DNA of 60,538 bases, counting the filler, from Hausera hauseri (taxonomy: Eukaryota), in assembly GCA_046269625.1 (NCBI GenBank). It is 11 parts of 11 records of this genome, joined end to end, with 100 filler letters (N's around TTAATTAATTAA, not from the genome) between each part and the next. Parts side by side here need not be neighbours in the genome. Positions count along the whole stretch, not along the records: positions 1 to 4,745 come from JBJURY010452579.1; positions 4,846 to 9,854 come from JBJURY010362817.1; 9 more parts are not named here. One strand, 5' to 3'. The notes beneath the pieces were generated by a model, which saw only the letters and a list, made by a program, of their open reading frames with translations, was not told the origin of the DNA and searched no databases. Shown here piece after piece: positions 1 through 9,954 of the stretch (its first letter is position 1; every line of letters starts with the position of its first letter). The translations under genes were made by a program, and so were the position numbers.

Positions 1-290
1 TTTAAAAATCCCACAAATTTAAAAAGGCGGTAAATTTAAAAATCCCGCAAATTTAAAAACGCGGCAAAAAGATTTAAAAACGCGACAAATTTAAAAATCC
101 CACAAATTTAAAAAGGCGGTAAATTTAAAAATCCCGCAAATTTAAAAACGCGGCAAAAAGATTTAACAACGCGACAAATTTAAAAATCCCACAAAATTAA
201 AAGCGCGGCAAATTTAAAATTCCCGCAAATTTAAAAACGCGGTAAATTTAAAAATCCCGCAAATTTAAAAACGCGGCAAATTTAAAAACT
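1..290. repeat. Minisatellite of 17-bp monomers (AAATTTAAAAA + 6 variable nt) with an 89-bp higher-order period
   Basis: TTTAAAAATCCCAC recurs at 1, 90 and 179. Monomers alternate TCCCAC/GGCGGT/TCCCGC/CGCGGC plus one 21-bp variant. Confidence 0.9.
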
Positions 291-382
291 ACACAAATTT
301 TAAATTTGCGGAATTTTGTACTTGATTAGAAATTACAAATACTTTATTGGATTTACGTAATAATTGAGTAGAGAATAAAATA

Positions 383-2899
383 TTGACAGAAAACATAGAA
401 ATGCCAACTGTATATTTACATTTGATTATCATGACGAAATTAAAACGACAAATTATTAGACCAGTTAGTGAAAACAAATCACCATCAACAGAAGAAATAG
501 AACAGCAACTCTATACGAAATATTATCGACTAATCCTCAGATTAGCCACCCATAAAGAAATACAAGACATGACGAAATTCCCATTGAGTGAATATTCACG
601 AATTATTTACGACCATCCAGTATTCGATATTCCAACATTACTCGACATTTGTTCCATTTTTGCTGATGCTAATCCTGATGTTCTATCAAAACTTATTGTT
701 GGCCTATTCAAATGTCAACAAAATTTCATTGGAGACTTGATTGAAGTTGGGCAATCATTTATGAAATTTATGAAGGACAATATCATCGATCAATTATCGA
801 ATAATAACAGACAAACGGGAAATAAATTAAATGTACATTCATTGCATCATAATGACATCATAGGACATACCGAACTCATTGATTTACTGGCATACGTCAC
901 TGATGCAATTCGGTCATGGTACTTACTGTTGCGTTGTGTCCGTCCTGTCTATGCCACATACGATGGACTGTACCATGGAGGATTCCACAACTTTATCGAG
1001 TTATTTGTTGATCGAATTTGTCGAATTGCTTATGAACATGTGGACAAATTTGTCACAACTCATCCAGATAAAATTAAACAATTGCTTGTGGAATTTTCCT
1101 ATTACGGTGTCAGTACATGGCGATTGATTGTTGGTGGGAAATTTCTTGATAAATTCACTGGAGATCATCAATCAGCTTTATGTAGTAATAGGACAGAGGA
1201 GAATTTCGATTTGATCAATGAATATTTGGGTGTGTTACATGAGGTGCAGAATAATTGGGTGTTTGCTGATGCGATGAATGTTGTTTATCCATTACGTGAT
1301 GATGAGGATTTGGTGGTACGGTTTATTAAGATGGACAGGTTAGTTATTTGATAATGATTTATATTTTGATATTGGTTTGGTTTCTTGATTGTGATTTGGT
1401 GTGTGACTTTTTGTATTGTTTGAATTTGATTGGTTGGATTTTTTGATTGGCTGATCTTTCTGATTGGTTCGATTTTCTGATTGGTTGGACTTTCTGAATG
1501 GTTTCACTTTTTGATTGGTTGGATTTCTGATTGGTTTCACTTTCTGATTGGTTGGATTTCTGATTGGTTGGAATTTCTGATTGGTTGGACCTTCTGATTG
1601 GTTGGATTTTCTGATTGGTTGGACCTTCTTTCTGGTTGGTTGGACTTTCTGATTGGTTGGACTTTCTGATTGGTTGGACTTTCTGATTGATTGTTTTTTA
1701 TTGGTTATGTATTTCATTAAATTTTCATTCATTAATTTATCTTGTATTTATAAATTATTTAATCAGGTACGAATATTATCTGGACCATGTGCGGAGTAGT
1801 TTCGATGCATTATACAAAGAAATCAAATCACGGCAGTCAATATTTTCCATTAGTGAAAACTCATCAAACGATGATAATCAGCATGTTAATGATGACCATC
1901 GGCAATTAGCATCAGTTGCTGGTGCTGATGGCAATAATATTGACAATGAATGTGCTGAATTGCTGCAGGTGTTTGATGATTTGACTGTTGCTGATGTGCA
2001 GGTGAGGGTCTTGCATTTACGGTGGATGGGCAAATATTCCAGTCGTGAATATTTGCTCAATCTGTCTCTCATTTTCATCATCATTGCTAATTGACACGGG
2101 CATCATTTAGTCATATCTCCATAAATTCCAATGCACCGGCAAAGATCTGATGGAAGCATTGCTAGAAGGGGCCATCAGTACAGAATACGTAAAGGCTGTA
2201 AAACATGAGAATGATGTCGTCATTGGGTGGAATAATAATTTGCCAACTGAAATGTCCAATGGGGAAATGAATGAATTAATTAGAGAAAATCAGACGAATG
2301 ACCAATTGGTGATGAGTGGCAAACGGAATGAGCCATTTGAATTTCATGTTGATGCGGATCTGCATAGGGCGATTATGAAATGTACTGAATTACAGCAGCA
2401 GCAGGAGGGGGAGGGGGAGAAATGGATGATGAAACTGACATCAGAATTGTACAATGACGAATTTGATGATGTTTATGGCGTGGATCATGACGTTGCTGTG
2501 GACAGGAGGTTGGGATGTTGTGATGGAACTTGGTGTGTTAGTGGGAATGGATTCAGGATGGGTGATGAGGCAGGGCGTCAGCAGGATGATGAGGGGACTG
2601 AAGGTGGTGCTGATGCTGATGCTGATGATGGTGATGATGGCAATGCACAGAGGCTGGGCAATGAAATGGGCTGGCCAAATGGACATTTGCCGCTGATGGA
2701 ACCGAGTAAGGCACGACATAACACACAATACCACAGAAATCTGGCACTGAAGAAAGGCAGCAGCAACTGCAGAGTTCGTCATGAGCAGAATGACAACAGT
2801 CAGCAGCAGCAGCAGCGGCAGGAACGACGACAGCAGCATCATCAGAGGGCTGGCCAGCATCACAGAAATTTCAATCAGCACAGCAACGGTCGACGTTGA
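383..2899 (+). CDS. ASCC2: Activating signal cointegrator 1 complex subunit 2 homolog (CUE domain), spliced, probably 5'-incomplete
   Basis: LILRLATHKE...IIYDHPVFDIPTLLDICSIF matches the ASCC2 N-terminal domain. Two GT-AG introns join the three ORFs in frame: 1339-1766 (GTTAGT...ATCAG, phase 2) and 2002-2110 (GTGAGG...TTTAG, phase 0). Splicing rebuilds a CUE domain (AELLQVFDDLTVADVQ|SYLHKFQCTGKDLMEALLEG); YNDEFDDVY resembles the ASCC2 YEDEYDDTY motif. A possible acceptor AG at 458-459 suggests more exons upstream. Confidence 0.85.
1428..1692. repeat. Intronic minisatellite, about 15 copies of a ~17-bp unit GATTGGTTGGACTTTCT
   Basis: Directly visible tandem array inside ASCC2 intron 1339-1766; it accounts for the repetitive minus-strand ORF 1340-1732. 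Confidence 0.92.
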
Positions 2900-3495
2900 T
2901 TTTTGATTTTTTGGAATAAATTTTTTTTGTTTTTTGGTAAATAGTACACAGAATCATTGAATTATTATAGAAATCGTTATTAATTATTATGTTTAAATTT
3001 GAATTTATTCAATATTATTGATTTCATTATGAAGTATTACAATTTTCCCAAATTCTCATTCAATTGTTTCATTTATCATTTTACTTGATCAATTCATGTG
3101 GAATGACTGTTTATCAATTTTACTCATTCAATTCATCAATTGCATACTGCAGTAATTTACACACACTCACAATTTACAATTGCCAATTTCAATAATCCAC
3201 ATTTTACTAAGACTATGTTTATTAGTTGATTTGTATAATTCGTTTCAAATCATGGAATGTAAACAGTGAAAAATAATGACCTATTTGCATTAATGTCAGA
3301 ATAACATTTTCATAATTCCATTATAGAAGTTGGCCATACTCAAATAAATAAAAATCTCATCCTATCCCATCAAACATAAATGAGAACCATTACGAAACCA
3401 TTTGACCCTACAACATAGGAAAGTCAAACCAATCTATAAAACCAATAGAATATTGATATTCCAATTTCAAATTTCATCATTACTGATTATCAAAA

Positions 3496-4611
3496 ATGCA
3501 CTGCTGTAATTATGTTATCGAAGGAAGAAACATGGCGGAACAACTGTATTACCATCCTTGTCAACAACAGAGAGTAAAATTCGCAGAGAGTAAAAACCAA
3601 AACAACAAAAATTCTAAAAGACAAAAACGCAAACAACGAGAAGCCATTTTCCAAGAAGCCGATAAACCACCAAGAGATACTGGTGATGTCGAAGGGTCTG
3701 ATGTAATTCATGGTCAGATGCAGCAGTACTGTGTAAAAGGAGCTGACGTGATAATTCGACAAATCGAGTTCAGTAGAAATGATAAGAAAAGGACACTTGT
3801 AATCACAGTTGAAGGAAAGAAACCCCAAATGGATTTGTACCAAATTTTGTTGACAAAGAACATTTGTCCATTCAGTTTCAAGGATGAAAATGCATTTGTC
3901 ATAAAGGCATTGAATTTGCAACAGAAAGTAAAGAGCATGACATTCAAGGGTAATGACGAGGTGGATAAATACAATTGGTTGGAAAGATTCGGTATTGACA
4001 TTAATGATGGACAGAAATTGTTAGACAAATGTATTGAGGAAATAGAACGACGACGATTCCATCTGGGAATAAAGAAACGCCATGAAGAGAAAAGCAAAAT
4101 GAAAATTTCCTCTAATATTCTCATTGAATTGATCAGAGGTGGGGTCAAATGGGATTTTGACAACGAGAAGAAATGGTCGGTAACAAATTTAGAAAAATTA
4201 ATACAATTGCTATTAAATGAACTTGTTGAACCACTGATTCCTTACATCAATCAAAAAATAATCCGTCGACCTGATATAGGGAATTTTGATGCAACAAAAG
4301 AAGGACAAAAACTCATTAGGGTCATTCCATACAAGAACCGTATGATCCTCATGTCAATAACTGCCCATATGGAACGATTATCGAAATATTATTTGATCGT
4401 CATGAGTTCAGATAACAAGGATTTACCACAAATAAGACAAAATATTTGTAAGAGATTGACATCAGTTATATTTCGTCTACAACATGACGTTTGTGGTGAT
4501 GTGATATTTTCTAGAGCATCCAGTATTTTATACCATGTCATGATGTTCCATGTAAATTCAACTAATGAACGACCAATAACAAATTTTACAAATTCCATTC
4601 GAGATATTTAA
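3496..4611 (+). CDS. Hypothetical protein, 371 aa, single exon, with basic NLS-like stretch
   Basis: Long uninterrupted ORF in AT-rich DNA with ATG start and SKRQKRKQR. No family recognised. Confidence 0.55.
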   Translation: MHCCNYVIEGRNMAEQLYYHPCQQQRVKFAESKNQNNKNSKRQKRKQREAIFQEADKPPRDTGDVEGSDVIHGQMQQYCVKGADVIIRQIEFSRNDKKRTLVITVEGKKPQMDLYQILLTKNICPFSFKDENAFVIKALNLQQKVKSMTFKGNDEVDKYNWLERFGIDINDGQKLLDKCIEEIERRRFHLGIKKRHEEKSKMKISSNILIELIRGGVKWDFDNEKKWSVTNLEKLIQLLLNELVEPLIPYINQKIIRRPDIGNFDATKEGQKLIRVIPYKNRMILMSITAHMERLSKYYLIVMSSDNKDLPQIRQNICKRLTSVIFRLQHDVCGDVIFSRASSILYHVMMFHVNSTNERPITNFTNSIRDI

Positions 4612-4689
4612 TCCCATGGAATATCTCAATGTCGATGTTATGAATTTTTACGTGTGATTATTTTTGAAAATTCTATACGTTTGTTGTCA

Positions 4690-4737
4690 TGATCCCAGTG
4701 ACCCCAGTGACCCCAGTGACCCCAGTGATCCCAATGA
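4690..4737. repeat. 9-bp tandem repeat (TGACCCCAG) x5
   Basis: Directly visible at the end of contig 1. Confidence 0.9.
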
Positions 4738-4745
4738 AAATTCAA

Positions 4746-4845
4746 NNNNNNNNNNNNNNNNNNNNNNNNNNNNNNNNNNNNNNNNNNNNTTAATTAATTA
4801 ANNNNNNNNNNNNNNNNNNNNNNNNNNNNNNNNNNNNNNNNNNNN
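4746..4845. other. Artificial contig linker (N44-TTAATTAATTAA-N44), first of 10
   Basis: Identical 100-nt blocks with stops in all six frames at 4746-4845, 9855-9954, 14647-14746, 20442-20541, 27425-27524, 31652-31751, 38464-38563, 45637-45736, 51272-51371, 55412-55511. Adjacency across them carries no biological meaning. Confidence 0.98.
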
Positions 4846-6441
4846 GTATAACAATAAAAAGTGTTACCCTCGCGATTGCCGGATGCGTTTGACGAAACAT
4901 GAAGTGAATTTGGCCCGAGCCGTTTTCTTGGATATTAAGAATCGTATACCCAGAGCTCTAACGACAATTCCTTGGGAAAATAGTTTCGTGTCAATGTTTA
5001 GTAAGGACAATCTCAATTTGCTGTTTAGTATGTGCCGATTTGACTGTGAAATTACGCCAAAATATATTAGAAGATAGTCAGTAGTGCAGTGCAAAATGGG
5101 AATCACAAAACGATGATACCAAAGGTACAAATAGCTGTTACTAACATACAAAAATTCCATAATTAAGTGCTTCAAATTCTCATGGCATCAGATTCTACAA
5201 CATTTACAAAAGTCGTTAACAAATGGAATACTGTTCTTATTGGTTTGATGACTTATTTTAGAAAAGGTTTGTTTTGGAAAAAAGCTAACGGTTTTGAAGA
5301 ATCGATGAAGTATAAAAAATTGACTAGTGCCCAGCGTAGTGATCTGAACCAAATTCCGAATCGTAAATTTACATTATAGTGGTCACCAAATATTAATAGA
5401 ACCAATGTGTACGTTGGATTTCAAATTCAATTGGATTTAACCGGAATAGTTATGCATGGAAAGATTCTGACGTTGAAGGATTCATTTATTCAAATATTCC
5501 GAGCTCATCTGTGGCAAAAGGTCCACGAAACCACAAACCATTTTTGTCAAGTTTTGGATTAACATTTAGATTCTTTGGAAATTGACGCTGTTCAAAAAGA
5601 AACTATTCATCCCCGGAAATCATACAAAATGAATTCAAGTTACGCAGATATTTTACTGTTTGTTGCGTATAAATGGAATGTTTCTAAGCCTAGTTTATTG
5701 GTCGAATCAAATGACTTGACAAACGGAACTACTACACAAAAGTTCTGGATTGACGTGCAGTTGCAATGGGGTGATTATGATTTTCATGACGTTGAACGAT
5801 ATTCTGAGTTGAAATTTAACGATTATGTTAATGATGCTATGTTCATTTATCCATCACCAACTGGAGTTATGGTGGCAATTGATTTGGCATACAACAGCAA
5901 TTCTGCATACGAAAACAAGGTACCTGGTTTGAAGAAATTGATGCAGCGGACAATGACAAAAATAACGAAATTAAATCCCGCATTGTATGTATTGTGGGAA
6001 CATATTCGTAAAGCAGTACGGGTATATTCCAGTGAACCAACGGAACCTTACTTAAGTTCTTAGAATTACAATGAATTGTTCTTAAATCAAATTATATGGT
6101 TTGCTGATGATACGACAATCTGACTACAAAACTTATCAACAGAGCAATTTTTATATTCAACTCACGAACTAGACAATTATATTTGAAAATTATTCACACC
6201 TTAGTACGGTCAGGCCAGATACGTCTTGGTCAGTTAACCAGGTGGAAAATAGCGGAAGAAATAGTAGCTCTTATTCGATCAGTGCCTGTTGAAGAACAAC
6301 CGAAACAGATTATCGTTACAATAAATGAAATGTTAAATCCTCGCAAAGTGCACTTGCTTGATTTTTCCAAATATTATCATCAAGGGTAGCGAGTTACAGC
6401 TTCCATTACAAGCATGTCTTAAGGTAGAAAAATTTAGAGAC
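4846..6441 (+). pseudogene. PRPF8: PRP8 (pre-mRNA processing factor 8) pseudogene fragment, no introns seen, internally deleted
   Basis: [104 protein letters not shown] and [12 protein letters not shown] are all PRP8 motifs, with many stops and frameshifts. Confidence 0.95.
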
Positions 6442-7478
6442 GAACAATATATGATGTAATAATTAGGGAAATAGAAATAACACAAATTACCAAAAAAGTG
6501 ATAAAGATATATTTTCATTACATATATATAGTCCACGCACAAATGGGGAACATCGCCGTATACTTTTACCAAGGCACATAAAATCACAAAGAATCCAACA
6601 TCATTCACATATTGCATAATACCCATAAATTACACATTTTCATTAATTATAATTATTCAAATATTCCTAATAGTAATGACGAAAACAATTAACAAAAGTC
6701 GTGTTCCATTCTGTTTGTAATTTAATAAATGTTTCAGGCCGTTAAATTTTCAAAAATTTCTTTTATTGAAATACTTTAAAATAAAGAAATTTGTTAAAGT
6801 TGACTTACATATTTAACTTACCTGTTTTTGTTAAAAATTTAAGAAGTTGGGGTGGCCTACCAATACCTTTCACTGTTCAGCTTTCTCTTATAAAACAAGT
6901 AGATCCCTTATTTTGTTTCTAATTGTTTTAAACAGCATAATCCTCAATAACTGATTTATAACTGATCAACATATCCTGTTAATGAGGTCATTGTTGTGCA
7001 TATGTGACAGCAGAGTAACAAATGTGGTAGATTAGATTGGATTTACTACCCTTGTGAAGTTGGTAATGCATACGTAGTCGGCATATGTTAAACCACAAAA
7101 GTGATAAACGACATCCCTAACTAACATATCACATTTGTTGTACCCAGGTTAAGTACTAGTTTCCTTCTTAGATACACCTTCCTTGGTTTCCTTTTATGTT
7201 GAACTATGGTCGCATATTTTATGCAACTCCTGTAATATATACTATTACAATCATAAATTCAATGCGTTATACATATTAAACAATGAGTTAGTGTCTCGGA
7301 TTTTCAAAAAATATATTCCATGCAATTTGGAGAGCGAAAAAAATTTGACCCGAGTCAATACATTCATGTCAAATACGGCTGATTAATATTTTTGTCTACG
7401 TCTTTAGTTTTGTCGAAAATCAAACCTGCATTTATAATTTGTATGCCAACAAATAAAGCCACATTGTTTAATAAAATA

Positions 7479-9244
7479 CCGTAAATCTTTAAAAGAAAGC
7501 CGGGCGGAATTTCAAATCGACCCCAAAAAATCAGGCGTTAACTCGAGGTGGAAGACTGTTTAAGGCCGGTGGAAGAATGCTTTCACATATGCCCAGATTA
7601 CTTCATTGTCAATTTAGTCATCTGTACATATAAAAATTCAAGAACAGCTAGGTACAACATACACGCATAAAATATAGGTATGTTTCACAAAAAATGTCTC
7701 AACATAGATTAATTATCATCGTCAATAACTATTTCATTGACTTCATTCTGCTTCTCATCAATTTCCTCTGCCAAGACATTTTGATCGACTTCATAAAGAT
7801 TCTGACGATGCTCCAGAAGGACGTTCCAAGTTCCTCGGCAAGCTTGACCCTTCTTCAAGCAATGAATCCGATCGTCTTTGGAACAGTCGAACTCAACACT
7901 TAGACCGACTGATTTGAACGATCTCCGAATTAATTCTGCCGGCAGATTATTCTATGATTCTAAAATCCATTGCAACAGTAAATGCTTGTTAGGAGGCTTT
8001 ATATTCCCGCTTAACGTAAATTCCATCGCATTGTCAGATGCTAACCAGCTTCTCATAGTTATTTCGGGCTTGAAAATATTCTGTACACACCTTGGAACAA
8101 CTACAGGGCAAACATTAAAATGTTTTTGTGTTTTAGTTGTCTGTGAAATATGACACCTGTAGCTGTCCCATGCTAAAATAGGTTTGCCAAAGTTCAACTT
8201 CCCCTATATACTGTCCAACCACTGACATGTAGTGTCATCATTCATCCATCCATTCTTAGTTGACATGACCTTCAACCCAGGAACATCATGCAGAGCCTTC
8301 ACTTCTCTCACTGCTCCCTTGAAAACTACAAATGGCTTTAGTTTGCTCCCTTTCCACCTAATACTACTGTGAAATTAGCCTTCTCGTTACCGATTGAACG
8401 GATTCAGATGGTGAATGCCCCGCGTTGATCCACAGGCACATTTGAAATCATGTTAAAAACACGGCAGTTTCATCCATTGATACGATATGTGCGTTCTGGA
8501 TTTTATATTCTTTTTAAATTTCAGACAAAAATGCGATGTATAATACGAATTTCTCTAGGAGAGCTTCCGGTTACCGTTTGAAAATCCATTCCTGTTAAAA
8601 AATTTTGTAACCCCCTTGACTGGCTGAAAATATCTGCACAGTAGAGTCATTGAGTGCCTCATTATAAATATTGAGTGCCTTGACCTGAATCATTTTTCGC
8701 GAAACACAATTTCCTTGCGCTCTCATGTCCACTATCCATTCCACTACCTGATTATCCAAGTCTTCGCTAGTAATTCTACTGCCACCATTTGGTAATTTCT
8801 TTCTTATTGACGGCAAGTGAATCAGTCGACAGCTGAGCTAAAAGTAGTTTTAAAAATGTAAACAATTAACTTTTGTAATTTTTTTTACACTAAAAATGAT
8901 TTTACTTACTTAATTCTTGCTTTTGGGTTTTGTATTCCCTGACGCGTTTTGAATCAACAGAAAATTTTCCTGCTGCTGCCTCGTTGCTACTATTTTCGGC
9001 AAAATTAACTGCCTCTAACTTTAATTTTAAACTAAATGATCGTTTCGACATTTTAAATGTTGTCTAATAACACTCAACAATTAATATTGCAATTATAACA
9101 AATTTGCATTACGATTATGATCACAGACATTTAGAATTAAAATGCATCATGATGCTCAATTGCACCGCATATTACCATTTTTGATTCGGCGTTAATTCGA
9201 GGCCGGCATATATTCAAAGTAGGCGTTCGTTTCAGCATTTACGG
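7479..9244 (-). mobile_element. Degenerate pogo/Tigger-type DNA transposon (CENP-B HTH + DDE transposase)
   Basis: Termini TA|CCGTAAAT (7479) and ATTTACGG|CA (9244); motif GGCGTTAA(C/T)TCGAGG near both ends. ATG at 9051 (MSKRSFSLKLKLEAV), CENP-B-like LDNQVVEWIVDMRAQGNCVSRKMIQ, SMDETA, ILAWDSY; frameshifted. Candidate 72-bp GTAAGT...TTTTAG intron at 8838-8909. Confidence 0.82.
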
Positions 9245-9954
9245 CATATTATTAAAGAAAAGCACATATTTTAACACTCCATATACTGAGTAAATGAAAT
9301 ACCACGCAAAAAATATGAATTTCAATTTCCAATTGTGACAACTTTATTAGTCATGTTATGAAATATTAACAAAGGGGCGTATAGTTCTTTAAATTCTTAA
9401 AAATCCGAAATTGATTTTTTCGTTATTTTTCGACACTCACGGAATTAGCCAAACACAATATTTACCAAAAGTTTTTATGCATTTATTGATCAACACTATT
9501 TCGATTATACGTCAAGTTGCATTCGACAGAACAATAATAAAAAATTAATTATTTTTATAGTAAATCCACTAAAATTTGAGACTTAATTTTTTTGATAAAA
9601 ATTATAATTCCGTTGCTATGAAATAATAGCATAAAATTTACATTAGAGACAAATATTTTTAGCTTTATGTTTATATATCGCATAAAGCATGATAATAGTA
9701 GGGAGAAAATGGGGATTCGGGCACAGACCCCCCCCCCGGGGGAGTTGGATCGATAAATCGATATTGCACATGCGCCAATCGATAGTGCACCCGGAACACT
9801 ATCGATCCATAAAGTGCTAGGCAACGGTTCCGTTTGGCACCGTTGCTAGGCACANNNNNNNNNNNNNNNNNNNNNNNNNNNNNNNNNNNNNNNNNNNNTT
9901 AATTAATTAANNNNNNNNNNNNNNNNNNNNNNNNNNNNNNNNNNNNNNNNNNNN

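Noticed and set aside
1-290. CRISPR-like repeat/spacer appearance
   Set aside because: Variable parts are only 6 nt and themselves recur with an 89-bp period; no unique spacers, no cas genes, eukaryotic context.
1340-1732. 130-aa repetitive ORF (PTNQK repeats)
   Set aside because: Antisense translation of the intronic minisatellite.
2441-2881. Several overlapping ORFs, including hydrophobic and His-rich ones
   Set aside because: Shadow frames of the low-complexity (GAT/CAG-rich) last ASCC2 exon.
4790-4801. TTAATTAATTAA as a biological repeat or piggyBac target
   Set aside because: Always centred in exactly 44+44 Ns; synthetic linker. The ends of ORFs running into it (9903-10421, 38508-38732) are artefacts.
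5270-5300. PRP8 intein at the canonical WEKA/SGFEE site
   Set aside because: Sequence reads [10 protein letters not shown] continuously; no insertion.
6820-7380. Possible decayed Cys-containing exon on the minus strand
   Set aside because: Donor-like site present but no sustained frame or identifiable family.
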